A stretch of DNA of 64,000 nt from Marsupella aquatica (lineage: Eukaryota; Plantae; Marchantiophyta). Under the pieces are notes generated by a model. It made no database searches, was not told where the DNA came from, and worked only from the letters and a program-made list of their open reading frames with translations. A program made the position numbers and the translations under genes. Location of the stretch: positions 6,683,079 to 6,747,078 of the forward strand of contig OZ316898.1 in NCBI GenBank assembly GCA_973895155.1, read 5' to 3'. Within the stretch, counting starts at the first letter, position 1. Each line of letters begins with the position of its first letter. Positions 1 through 12,289 of the stretch are shown here, in pieces.

Positions 1-75
1 ACCTTGGCTAGGAGCAACAACTACACAAAGTAGAGTGTCAGTGTGTGTGAGCTTATATTATTAAATAATAATAAA

Positions 76-2014
76 TTAAAGGATTGTGAGTAAAGTACCT
101 AGGCTTGAGATGTAGGCAATGTCATCCTCAAATGCTCTAAGGACACTTGCCTCCAAGATATCTTTTCTCCCAAAAAGGAGGTCTTTAAAAAGACTTGTCG
201 AGTCTGGCCCCTCCACAAGTGATTTGATCATTGGATTTGGGTTTTCCAACATCCTTAGTATTGAATCAATTAACCCAATAGTGATGTTGACATCACCTGG
301 CCACACTCCAACATGATATTGGGCTATGGCCTTGGGACCATGACCATGAGTAAGGATACCACTCAGTGACAGTAATTGGGAACTTTTGGGCACCATCCAC
401 ATGCTTAGGATTGAAGGGCATTCAGATTGGGAGAGCTGTCTTTGAATGATCCATCTTATCATGAATAAGGCATAACACTTCCTTGGGACGATGGATGGAC
501 TCATATCTCCAGGTATGATAACACATTCTTTGCTGTGTGTGGTCTTGGTGATGTTCCTCCTCGTCACGCCTTAGGCCCTCTAACTCTTCCTTAGCTCCTG
601 TAAGGTTTGCTTTCCGTTGAAGCAACTCACTACAAGTTGTACACTTTGAAAAGTTGTTGCCCTTTTTGTGACGCGAGAACTCCCTGAAATACATCTGATG
701 TAGATGACTCAAGGTGGGTTGGGAAATTGGAGGAAGACCAGCCTCCTTGTTGACAACATTAACCCTGTTTCTAATATTCTCCCAAGTAAGATTCGTTGGC
801 AATTCCCTCAAAACCATCCTTGTATTATCTGCCATGGTTCTCAACTTGGCTGGATGATGATCAGCTGCCTCCTCAATAATCTCTTTCATTGACATGAATG
901 CTTGAGATACTTTCTCGGACATACGCCTTTTTCCAACATTACCATGGGTACCTATGTTCATTCCAGCCATCACAGTCTTCTTCAAGGCATAAAATTGAGT
1001 CTTTCCTCTTGAATGAATGATTCTCCATGCCTCCAAGCACAATACTTTGCCCTCCACTGCTAGAATCCTTTCTCCAGTACCCAAGTGTATTGTATTTTTA
1101 ATAGCCTTGATTTCCTCCTCCTTGCGCTCCGCAAACGATTTTGACCACCACTTTTGCCTAATTGCCATAGCCAAGTTGCGGTCCAAATATTGGCAACAAT
1201 GTTCACTACAACAGTCCTTAGTGTTTATCAACAACACATCTTGACGTGCCAAAGATGTGTCTCTTCTAGATGTCTGGGAAGATGGACTCTTTCTTTTCCT
1301 ACTTTTATGGACGTAGGACCGCTTGCCACTTGTTGGAGATGTGTTCCCTCCCACAGCTTGCTTGATGTTGTGGAAAGACAACAAGTTGCCATCCTTGGCA
1401 ATGAGTTGGTCCATCGACCAAGCTTTTAAGCAATCTCTATGCTTCAGATGATCTATGGTAGCTCCCTCTACAAAATCGTTGATCAGAATTCCCACATGTG
1501 TATTCCCAAGGGTGACATCCCCAAGCTTCACTATAGGATCTAGAACATGTATAGTTGCCACTGCAAAAATCAACTTGTTCTCATCCACCACCTTTACAGG
1601 CATGCCCATCCACAAGGCCTTTGGTAAAACTACTTCCACACCAGACCGACTCTCATTATGGTTGTTCCCATCAGAATTTTGATTGACTGGATCTTGATCA
1701 TCACCAACATTGCCAAACACATCCTCCGATTCCATGGGAGCTCGAAAAAGCTGATTCCTTTCCCATACAAGGTAACCCCCAATCATGTCCTTCAAAAGTT
1801 CGCCATCTTCGCATAGAATGGCCTCGTCAAAAACTTCCTCCAATAGAAGAAGAACTTTGTCCGCCCCAAGAGGAACATTGTGACAAACCCTGGAAGGATC
1901 AAGACTTATCACGCGACCTTTTCCAACCTGTTTCTCATGTATGCCTATAATAACTTGTCTGCCTTCCCTGATCCAGACTGTCGATGTCACCATAATAATT
2001 ATGATCCTGCACAT
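76..2014 (-). pseudogene. Disrupted DDE-type transposase (Sola-like / DUF7869-like) with two N-terminal Tnp1/En/Spm-like domains
   Basis: The 530-aa ORF (likely ATG at 1993) has CCSEHC, FSKCTTC, H..H..QR..Y and LIHDKMDHSKTALP motifs. After a TGA at 422-424 the frame reads MPFNPKHVDGAQKFPITVT. After a frameshift near 361-370 it reads GILTHGHG..AQYHVGVWPGDVNITIG, the expected continuation. Possible splice donor near 98. Confidence 0.7.
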
Positions 2015-2031
2015 CAGAGAATATCACTGTA

Positions 2032-2700
2032 AGCGTACAGTCCTGTCACGTCCGTCAACTTCACTGCACTGTCCTGTCACGTCGGTCAACAAGCAGAATG
2101 TAGTCAATGCACTGAACTGCACGCGACTGGTCGCGTGACCCTAGAGGTACCACACATACCGGCAACGACTACAATCAATTATGATCAATCATTTCACATC
2201 CACTCAAAAAAAATGAGTGGACAGTACCAGTTTACCAATGAGTGGACACTGCACAGTCAGTAACTATTGAGGACTGTAAGCAATAAGCACCAGTAAAACA
2301 TCCGTGAACTGCATTGTCCTGTCACGACCGTCAACAAGTAAGCAGAATGAAGTCAATGCACTGTCTTGCACGCGACTAGTCGCGTGACCTTAGTCAGAGG
2401 GTGTAGGGATAATAGGGTCTACGACATAGAAGCTAGAAGCCTAGGCCCAAACTCTAGCTCGTACTTGGTACTTCAGAAGTAAGATACGATTGCGCGTGAG
2501 ACAGTAAGATACAATTACGGATCTGAAGGCATCACACATAGTTACCGGCAACAGATTATGCATGGTCAGTCAGTCATTTCAAGTGAATGAGAACGACTAC
2601 AATCGATTACGAACAATCATTTCAATTCCACTCAGAAAAATGAGTGGACAGTACCAGTTTACCAATGAGTGGACACCGGACAGTCAGTAACTACTGACCC
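2032..2700. repeat. Local duplications upstream of the transposase, with dyad motifs
   Basis: Blocks GTCCTGTCACG..GTCAACAAG..GCAGAATG..AGTCAATGCACTG and ACGACTACAATC..CCACTCA..AATGAGTGGACAGTACCAGTTTACCAATGAGTGGACAC each occur twice. Perfect 18-bp palindrome CACGCGACTAGTCGCGTG at 2369-2386. Confidence 0.8.
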
Positions 2701-3013
2701 TCATAAGCAATCTCAGTACTTCACTAGCAATCAGTATTCCCGGGGCGGTCGCCAAACATGAAATTAAATGCAAAAATTGGAGGGCAACTGAACTTCCCGC
2801 CAATTCTAATACGCGCCAGTCAAACGCGCACTCTCTTCTAGAAACCACTATGTACAGTGACTAGTGGAGACTAAACAGTATAAAGCATTGAGATGATCCC
2901 TACTGCTCATTCCCCCACGAATTCCACTTTCTGGCTACTGGATAATCTATTCGCACATCAGCTCTCTCATTTCCAATTCTTAGTCTCGGTCCGCATCCCT
3001 TGTTTGAAGGGCG

Positions 3014-3555
3014 ATGACTACTCCGCTGAGCTCGAAGAATGAGGATTTTCCGACGGATGATTCAAAAGATTCGACGTATCGAATTCGTGGTACTCCTTAT
3101 AGAACGTGTCAGCGATGTAATATAATGTTTACGGTGACTAAATCGGGTCAAATGTTTTGTGAGAGATGCCATTGTTTGCCACATTTGTCGATGGAAGATC
3201 AGATGGAGAGCAATCCGACAGAGATGACAACAAAGATGGCACCAGGGGAGAAGTTAAAGGGCAAAGCCCTCGTCGAATCCGTTTCGGGGGGGAGAAGTTG
3301 AAGGACAAAGCATGCGTCGAATACATTTCGGGTGAAGCAACAGTAGACGCTAACACAGTCAAGAAGGAGGCCAAGAAAGTGGACGCTCCGAAGAAAAGGC
3401 AATTAGAGATGAACGAAGATTCTGATTTGTATTACAGAAAGAGCAAGCCGAGAAAATCTATGGACGTTAGGACTTGGGCAAAGGAAGAATTCCTGGATTC
3501 AAGGGAATCCACACCAGACACCAATGAGTGGATGCCTTCATCTTGGAATGACTGA
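3014..3555 (+). CDS. Possible small zinc-ribbon / charged protein, split over two overlapping frames (transposon accessory gene or relic)
   Basis: ORF 3014-3301 has CQRC-x13-CERC. The overlapping ORF 3166-3555 is K/E/D-rich with protein-like composition. It is transcribed divergently from the transposase. Confidence 0.3.
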
Positions 3556-3803
3556 CTCGATCGAAGTCTACAATATTTTGAGTATTCGAAGATTAGATCT
3601 ACAGATTCAAGAGTAGTTCAAGTTAGAACTTGTTATAGATACTGTGTAGCTTAATTTCGTCCCGTGGAAAATAGTGTTTGAAAGACCAGGTCAATTAAAT
3701 TCTTGGATAGTGCTAGTGGATATGGATTCCACATCCGAAGTCCTTCGGGATCGATGTAACCATTTTAGCAATCAAGGAAAAATCTTCCATGAGATTCCTC
3801 TGG

Positions 3804-5535
3804 CCTCTAAAACATTAACGCGACCAGGCGAAGACGTTGGTTTTAAATTAGATTGCTGGCCAATTCTCTGGGCTGTCGACTACAATAAACAATATAAAAA
3901 AGACCTGAGATAAATTGGTTCACGCGACTGTACGCGTGATGAAGTACATGTGTAACCGAAAAAAGAGGTCATCCAACTAACAAGTTGAGATCAGTCAAAT
4001 CTAAGAAATAAAGCGCGATTACGTTTAAGAGTGCAAAGCTTTCGATGACCTCTAAAACATTAACGCGACCGGGCGCGTCATGATACAAAGACGTTGGTTT
4101 TAGAATAGATTTCTGGCCAATTTGCTAGGCTTTCGACTACAATAAACAATACATAAAAAACCTGAGATAAATTGGTTCACGCGACTTTGCGCGTGATGAA
4201 CTACATGTGTAACCGAAAAAACAGGTCATCCAACTAACAAGTTGAGATCAGTCAGATCTCAGAAATAAAGTGCGATTACGTTTAAGAGGGCAGACCTTTC
4301 GATGACCTCTAAAACATTAACGCGACCGGGCGCATCATGATACAAAGATGTTGGTTTTAGAATAGATTTCTGGCCAATTTGCTATGCTTTCGACTACAAT
4401 AAACAATACATAAAAAACCTGAGATAAATTGGTTCACGCGACTTTGCGCATGATGAACTACATGTGTAACCAAAAAAACAGGTCATCCAACTAACAAGTT
4501 GAGATCAGTCAGATCTCAGAAATAAAGCGCGATTACGTTTAAGAGGGCAGACCTTTCGATGACCTCTAAAACATTAACGCGATCGGGCGCGTGATGATAC
4601 GAAGACGTTGGTCTTAGAATAGATTGCTGGCCAATTTTCTAGGCTGTCGACTACAATAATCAATACATAAATTGGTTCACGCGACTGTGCACGTGATGAA
4701 CTACATGTGTAACCAAAAAAACAGGTCATCCAACTAACAAGTTGAGATCATTCAGATCTCAGAAATAAAGTGCGATTACGTTTAAGAGGGCAGAGCTTTC
4801 GATGAACTCTAAAACATTAACGCGACTGGGCGCGTGATGATACGAAGACGTTGGTTTTAGAATAGATTGCTGGCCAATTTTCTAGGCTGTCGACTACAAT
4901 AATCAATATAACCAGAGATAAATTGGTTCACGCGACTGTGCGCGTGATGAACTACATGTGTAACCAAAAAAACAGGTCATCCAACTAACAAGTTGAGATC
5001 AGTCAGATCTCAGAAATAAAGCGCAATTACGTTTAAGAGGGCAGAGCTTTCAATGACCTCTAAAACATTAACGCGACCGGGCGCGTGATGATACGAAGAC
5101 GTTGGTTTTAGAATAGATTGCTGGCTAATTTGCTAGGCTGTCGACTACAATAATCAATATAACCAGAGATAAATTGGTTCACGCGACTGTGCGGGTGATG
5201 AACTACATGTGTAACCAAAAAAACAGGTCATCCAACTAACAAGTTGAGATCAGTCAGATCTCAGAAATAAAGCACGATTACGTTTAAGAGGACAGAGCTT
5301 TCGATGACCTCTAAAACGTTAACGCGACCGGGCGCGTGATGATACGAAGACGTTGGTTTTAGAATAGATTTCTGGCCAATTTTCTAGGCTGTCGACAACA
5401 ATATAAAAAATACCTGAGATAAATTGGTTCACGCGACTGTGCGCGTGATGAACTACATGTGTAATTGAAAAATCAGGTCATCCTCCTAACTAGTTGAGAT
5501 CAGTTGGATCTGAGAAATGGACCTCGATTACGTTT
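3804..5535. repeat. Tandem array 1: 7 units of about 243-257 bp
   Basis: Unit starts (CCTCTAAAACATTAACGCGAC, minor variants) at 3804, 4049, 4306, 4563, 4806, 5057 and 5308. Units typically carry two ACGCG-N6-CGCGT dyads. Confidence 0.97.
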
Positions 5536-7056
5536 CGTTTCGCTACGCCGTCAACTACAATAAACAATACCAAAACGTACGGACAACTATAATTGAACGC
5601 CATACAATTTTAGACTAGAGAATTCATTCGGATCCTCTACTAGTACTTCTGATACATTGCTTCTATATTGGACTTGAAACACGGATTGATCAAAATCGGA
5701 GTGTGGAATTGGACCATAACTTCATTGACTCAATTCATGCATTGAATGCATGATTTAAGGCAACTATTCTCCTCATTTATTGCGGAATTAATGCTGATTG
5801 ATACTTACAAGCTATTCAGTTGCGTGTGGACTCAGCGATGTTGGCGGCAACCCTCCAATGTTGGCGGAAACCCTCCTCCCAGCAAAGCCTCTTCCTTCCA
5901 GCGTAGCCTCCTCCTCGTCCCAGCAAACTAATCCTCCTCCTTCGAACTCCAATTTCCTTGAGTATCGTGACCGAATCCCACCACCAGAGAATGAAACCTT
6001 GTTGATCGTATCGAGATCAAAATCCTCGACCAGACAGTGATTTCAGACTAGCCGCACTTTGTTGGTCCGCTAGAATGCTTCGATGAATGAGGCAGACTGG
6101 AGGTTCTAAATCTTTTGTTGTCCCACTTGATCGGATGTGCCCTCCCCAAGAATGGGATACAATAAGAACTGCGCCAACGTTGCTTGAATGAGCTCCGCCT
6201 CCGCCTGGAATAGTCGAATGATCCAATCTGCTCCACCTCAAATGTGCCTTGGATCAGCCTCCGCTGAGAGCCCAGCTAGTATCCTGGTCAGGAGAAACTG
6301 AAAATGAAGAATGATCCGTGAGCAATGAGATCAGTCTATTGACTCCATGAGGGATGTGTTCATCTTGACTCGATTTTGATTTTGAAAATTGGTTCAGTCT
6401 CCAGTCGTGAGAATCATTGTACAGGATTTGGCACGATAGCTTCTTGAGTTTTGAATTGAGTTGCTATTCAACGCGCGAATAATCATACGGATCCGGTGTT
6501 CTCCACTTCCAAAATGGATTGATTTTGAATATCGGTTCTCCCCGACCGTGAGAATCGTTTGACGTTGTTTAGAGTTTGGGTTTGAATTGGCAAGATAGAG
6601 AGTGGAGTACGGATCCGGATCCGACGGTCTCCACTACCAAAATGGAATGATTTTGAAGTTCGCCTCACTCCGATCGTGAGAAACTTGTCATTCGTTCAGA
6701 TTTTGGATTTGAATTGGCAGATATAGTGAAGATACGGATCCGGATCCGGGGGTCTCCACTAACAATCTATCGCAGTCGCATAATTACCGGTTTAAATTTC
6801 AAATTGGCGATCAAATAGAAATCTCCTTTACCGGAATCCTTTTGATTTTCCGTACTAATCTTTTTTTCACGATTGCATAGTTTGTTGAGTCGTTGGTGGA
6901 GTGTACGGAGATCATCTGGAACCTTCCTGTCGCTAGGCTGTTATTAGGGTTATGCTAAAACGATACCCTAATTAGTCGTTCCTTAGTGTCGGCGCCCACG
7001 GTCTCGAGTTCACTGTTCATTGTTGTTGATTCTCGCTCCTAGACTTTCGCGCGCCT

Positions 7057-7141
7057 GCTCTCGTCGCTCTCGCTCTCGCTCTCGCTCTCGCTCTCGCTCT
7101 CGCTCTTGTCGCTCTCGCTCTCGTCGCTCTCGCTCTCGCTC
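7057..7141. repeat. (GCTCTC)n hexamer microsatellite
   Basis: Directly visible; it explains the RA/RS dipeptide ORFs. Confidence 0.95.
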
Positions 7142-8272
7142 CTGCCTTGGATTTCATTTTCGTCGTTGCAGCTCGTTCGTTGTGGACAGGTGCTGGTCGG
7201 CGCGTTGCAACTCTTAGTAGTTGTCGATCGTTTCGGTCAGGAGCTCGTTGGCGCGTTGCAGCTCGCATTTACAGCTCATATTCACTTCTAGTTTGCTCGA
7301 AGGGATTCTTAGGAGCTCGTTGGGTTCGTTGCAGCTAGTTTGTTGGGAGTGTTCGTATCAGCTCGTGTCAGCCAATTTTAAGCTCATATCAGCTCGATCA
7401 ACGTGTTTCAGCAGCTCAAACTACTTTTTGGCAGCTTGTTTCAACTCCTTTCATTCATCATTCAGGTTTGTTTCAGCTCTTTCAATCTTCAGGTTTAGTG
7501 CACTTTTATTCATGCTCAGTTTGTCTATCGACAGCTTTGATTGTACTTCAGGAATAGTCTTTTTAACTCGACATAATGAGTTCCATAGCATTAAGCACAT
7601 GTTATTCAATTGGCAGCAGCGAAGCTCTATATAGAAGCTGTGTTGTTGTTGCTTAGCATATTTACTTTCTGAAATGCCGCAGCAAGGTCTTCAAGTGCTT
7701 GGACGTCAATCTCTCAAACGATTACAACACTTTTTCAGAATTCAGGTGCAATTTCTACATTTTCTGCTGGTGTTGATTGTTGTTTGCTAAAATTTCTCTT
7801 GATTGTTAAGCTAAGTTTGTCTGTAAACTCAAATATGTCTGAATCATACAAACTCACTAATTAAAATACAACCTGAATTGTATTAAGTAAGTCATTACAA
7901 ACCTGCATGCTGTGAAATTTAATCATATAAACTCTCATGTTATGTGAATCTCATTACACTGAATCATTTAATTGACGAATACAACCAGTAGACTGCTAAA
8001 TTGAATCATCTTAGCTGAATCATTCTCTAAACTGAATTCCATGCAATCTGAAAACTTCTGATATATAATAGTTTCACAATGACAGAGCTCAAACATCTGA
8101 GTTATTGTAAAGTTCACGAATGAATACTAGTGTGCTTGAATCCATTCAATAAATGCATCATTGCACTTTTCTAGTTCAAAACCTCATGGTTACTCGGATT
8201 TCCCTGTCCGTGCGGGTCAGTAATCACAGTTGTATCACTGTATTATCCTAGTGTCCAAAAGTGGTTTGAGCT

Positions 8273-9365
8273 GTTGACGCGACCAGTCGCGTGAGAAGAT
8301 TGTGAGGTTCCATTTTAGGGTCAGTTGACGCGACCAGTCGCGTCTGAGGGAGCTCTCTCATTGACTGGTTCCGTTAGAGGAGGTATGGTTCCATTTAGGA
8401 CCAGTCGCGTGTGAAGGAGACAGGATAGATTATTGAGCGCGTTTAGGGTTTAGGGTTTAGGTTCAGTTGACGCGACCAGTCGCGTGTGAGGTAGCTCTCT
8501 CATTGACTTGTTCTGTTAGAGGTATGGTTCCATTTAGGATTAGTTGACGCGACCAGTCGCGTGTGAGAAGGAGAGGATAGATTATTGAGCGCGTACCATA
8601 TCCAAATCTCCACAAGAAAGGTTCAGTTGATATAGTTGTTTAGGTTTAGTTGACATGACCAGTTGCGTGTGAGGTAGCTCTCTCATTGACTGGTTCTGTT
8701 AGAGGTATGGTTCCATTTAGGATCAGTTGACGCCACCAGTCGCGTGTGAGTAGGAAACAGGATAGATTATTGAGCGCGTATCATATCCAAATCTCCACAA
8801 GGAAGGTTCAGTGGATATAGTTGTTTAGGTTTAGTTGACGCGACCAGTCGCGTCTGAGGTAGGTCTCATTGACTGGTTCTGTTAGAGGTATGGTTCCATT
8901 TAGGATCAGTTGACGCGACCAGTCGCGTGTGAGAAGGAGGATAGATTATTGAGCGAGTACCATATCCAAATCTCCACAAGGAAGGTTTAGTTGATATAGT
9001 TGTTTAGGTTTAGTTGACGCGACCAGTCGCGTGTGAGGTAGCTCTCTCATTGACTGGTTCTGTTAGAGGAAGTAAGGTTCCATTTAGGATCAGTTGATGC
9101 GACCAGTCGCGTGTGAGAAGGAAACAGGATAGATTATTGAGCGCGTATCATATCCAAATCTCCACATGGGCGGTTCAGTGGATATAGTTGTTTAGGTTTA
9201 GTTGACGCGACCAATCGCGTCTGAGGTAGTTCTGTTAGAGGTATGGTTCCATTTAGGATCAGTTGACGCGACCAGTCGCGTCTGATATAGCTCTCTCATT
9301 GACTGGTTCACGTGACCCAAAAAATCACAATCTCCAAAAGAATTGTTCAGTAGACGCGACCAGTC
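8273..9365. repeat. Tandem array 2: about 6 units of about 180 bp, each with two GTTGACGCGACCAGTCGCGT dyads; includes (TTTAGGG)~3 at 8442-8461
   Basis: About 14 full or partial copies of ACGCGAC-CA-GTCGCGT, separated by two alternating linker sequences. Confidence 0.95.
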
Positions 9366-9373
9366 CATTTGGC

Positions 9374-9926
9374 ATGGGGGAACCTGGTCTGGAGAGCTTC
9401 AGATATCTATGCCCAATATTTGACGTTTTGGACAGAAGCCAAGATGGTCTACTGGCGGGATATTCTGTATTTGTTGAAAGACTACTACCTGGACTTCCAG
9501 ATTTCATTGTCGCGGAATTGATATGGCCTCGCATCAAGGAGTCCTTGAATTCCTCGGCTAATGCAGGAAATTTCTCAATAAAGGAATTGGATGAGTTTGT
9601 AGGACTATCTTCGGTATGTCACAGATGGCGCCACCTTGTTGGGAATACCTATCTTCTGGGTGTAATCAAGTTGAGTTTATTAGATTTGGCTTTCCCAGGA
9701 AATCCTAGTAAACCGATCCAAAATGAGTCTCTCTCATCGACAGTTCAAAGTTTCTTCCAGAAATACCCAAAGAATTAAATTCATGGGGTCAATGTCCAGA
9801 GATCTAAGGGAACTCTTCACGAAGACTTACGATGCTCTTCACCCTCTTGAAAAATGGAAATTTACAGTCAGATGCCACGAAGTTGGATACCTTGAGGGTG
9901 ACATCTACGCTTTTAAGGAATTCTAG
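9374..9926 (+). pseudogene. F-box-like protein, frameshifted (cargo 1)
   Basis: LLPGLPDFIVAELIWPRI...LSSVCHRWRHLV matches the F-box consensus. Protein-like sequence continues in the next frame (9723-9926) after the stop at 9778. Confidence 0.55.
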
Positions 9927-9990
9927 TTAACTTACGTGACCAAGCGCGTCGTATGTCTTCTAACAATGTTTTGTATATGATAAAAGCAGG

Positions 9991-10502
9991 ATGAGCCAAC
10001 TTTTGAATGAGGCTCGAGATTTCCTTTCATCTCATGAAAGGAAACAAAAAACAATATGGGATACGCTGGATGAAACCTCCTCTAGTCTCATTGGAGGAAT
10101 ACCAGATGTTTTGGTCATTTCAAACATTTGGCCAATACTCTACAAACACTTTATTTCAATTGAAGAATTTATACGAAGGCGTATCTGCAGCAAAATATAA
10201 TGCTTATCGATTTCGATGCATTTTATGCTTGTTTAGATCCTGTTGTTGGATCATTATTTCCGCCCAAATATTTTGGGTCGGTCGACGACAGTTTCCTGGT
10301 TAACTTGCTGATTCCGTATCTTAGCAAGCTAGCAAAATCTTGTGAGCCGCTTGTCATTGCCAATGGAAGAGATTATCCTGATTGGTCAGTTAAATCTATT
10401 TTTAGAGATTATGATTATAATCATACTATATGGGAAGACCCTGTGATTCAGAGGCATGGAGATAGATATCTAGTAGAGCAATTTAACAGACGCCCAATTT
10501 AG
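9991..10502 (+). pseudogene. Second F-box-like protein, split at 10200 (cargo 2)
   Basis: SLIGGIPDVLVISNIWPIL..RRICSK resembles cargo 1. A TAATG stop/start overlap at 10198-10202 leads into a 100-aa ORF. Confidence 0.45.
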
Positions 10503-12037
10503 GACGCTTCCGAAATAATAGTCGGCATGAGATCAGATTAATTTGTATTGTCGTTCTAGAAACGATTTGTAATCTCCCTATATACTGGTTATCATATATA
10601 AAGGATCTCAGAGATTTATTTCTCTTTTGTTATTATTTGCATGAGCATGTCTCTTGGTCCCGTCAAGTTGGAGTGCGTCAAAAATCTTAGTTGCAGTCAT
10701 TTTCAGGGTTTCACGCGCAATGACGCGTCATGTCGCCCCCTTTTCATATTAAAATAATAATATTTAGTGATTTTCGGAATTTCCAAAGTTCGGTTTTCCT
10801 TAAATTGGGGTTAGGTTGCAAGCAACGCCTATGGCGCCGCTTGCCCCAGCAAATGCCTATGAGGTCGCTTTGGCCAAAAAAAAAGGCAAAAGAATAAGCA
10901 ATGAGAGGAGAATAGAAGAGAAGAGAAGAGAATCAGGAGAATGAACTAAGAGACTCTCCCTTTTATGCTAACATCTCTTAGTTCCTAATTAATGTCACAA
11001 CTAACTTCATTAGCTACTAATTAATATCACACCTAACCTAATTAAAAGCACACCCACCCATTCTTCTAGAATTACTCAAATAATAAAAATCTATGTTGAA
11101 AAATGAGTGAGAAGTCTACAAAAGGAATAAAAGCACATTTTTTTGTTTTGATGTTGACCCCCCTCTTGCAAGAAAAAGGAACGATTTATAAAACCTGAAA
11201 TCTCTCCATTCTTTGTCTTTTTTGTTCCTCCCCTTAAAAGACCCTTAAACCATATATCGCTCCCCACTTCTAAGATAGAATATAGGGGTTAGCTAGTTTG
11301 ATACACTAACTAGTATTTGCCCCCTCTAGCAAGAAAAATATATAAACAAAGACCATTTTGAAAATCTCTCCCTTAAATACCCTTAAACCTCTCAACAATT
11401 AAAGAAAAAATTCTTTAAACCCTTTTTATTTCTCCCCTTAAAGTAATCCTCCATCCGGGCCAAAAAATAAAAATGTCTCTTTTTGTCTTTTTTATTTTCC
11501 CCTTCTTTAAAATACCCTTGATTCTCTATCTGTTTTAATTCTCAAAGAAAATAAAATAATGAGATGAACCATGGGGCATGCTCCTTACTCATCGTTTTTT
11601 CTAAACAAAAAAGAAGCCCCCTTTAAAAATCTTTTCGAGTTGACCAATTTCACCCAAAAACAAAAAGGAATCCCCTTTAAGAGTCGTACTTTTTCAAGGT
11701 GACTTTGGTCCCAAAGGGAAATATATAAAAGCATTAAGAAATTGTAATAACTAAAAGACAAAAGCATTAAATGGTGAGAGAATATTGAGGGGGGAGCATT
11801 TAATGTACTTTCATTTGTGTGTAATACAATATACAATATACACCCCAATACCCCATGGTTGAGTACTGTATACAAACCGAAGAGTCTTAGTGTGAATGAA
11901 AATAATCTGACCAAAATATATTTGTGTGCCTCTATACGTATGAGAAGAAAACTGTATGCTGAGAAAATTGTATGCAGAGAAAATACTTTGGAGGCATTTT
12001 TTGCACCCCGTCACATAACTGAACTGAAAGTTCAACC

Positions 12038-12289
12038 AAAAATATCGTATACTCAACACAAAACCCGATGATATGCACCAACGATTGCTTGATCTATGAT
12101 AAGATTCAGCACATGACTAGCTCTTTCATTACACAAAAGGAGGAACCAGTATTGTTACAAGACCTTTCTCTATAGTCACATCGAATGTTGGGCCATAAAG
12201 CATTGGGTCTTCGCTCCCATCACAATAAGCACCTTGCTCTCTTCCCAGGATTTCTTCGTGAAGGTCCACAAAATCACCTTGCATTGAGC
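12038..12289 (+). repeat. Dispersed ~250-bp repeat, inverted partner at 38423-38669
   Basis: Aligns by eye to the reverse complement of 38423-38669 (for example GCCATAAAGCATTGGGTCTTCGCTCCCATCAC is shared exactly). Visibly more diverged than the Roco 3' flanks. Confidence 0.9.

Larger units (their letters stand above)
1..10740 (-). mobile_element. Putative large DNA transposon (Sola/DUF7869-like), one end in window, the other beyond base 1
   Basis: Contains a transposase-like pseudogene (76-2014). The dyad ACGCG-N6-CGCGT recurs from about 2120 to 10727 and I did not notice it further right. The segment ends at ...CACGCGCAATGACGCGTCATGTCGCCCCC (10740), followed by AT-rich DNA. The partner TIR and TSD are not visible. 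Confidence 0.5.

Noticed and set aside
5800-6350. Possible third F-box-like relic on the minus strand (LIVSHSW..IRS)
   Set aside because: It needs several frameshifts to assemble and may be chance.
7017-7291. RA/RS-rich ORFs resembling SR proteins
   Set aside because: They are translations of the (GCTCTC)n microsatellite.
8442-8461. Telomere
   Set aside because: Only about three TTTAGGG units, internal to an array; at most a telo-box or repair insertion.
8273-9365. CRISPR-like look: a palindromic 20-bp repeat separated by spacers
   Set aside because: The spacers are two alternating repeated sequences rather than unique ones, there are no cas genes and the context is eukaryotic. It is a tandem repeat.
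10800-12030. Retroelement 3' region with repeated CCCCT/AGGGGGAG purine boxes
   Set aside because: No coding remnant or LTR pair could be identified; too weak to call.
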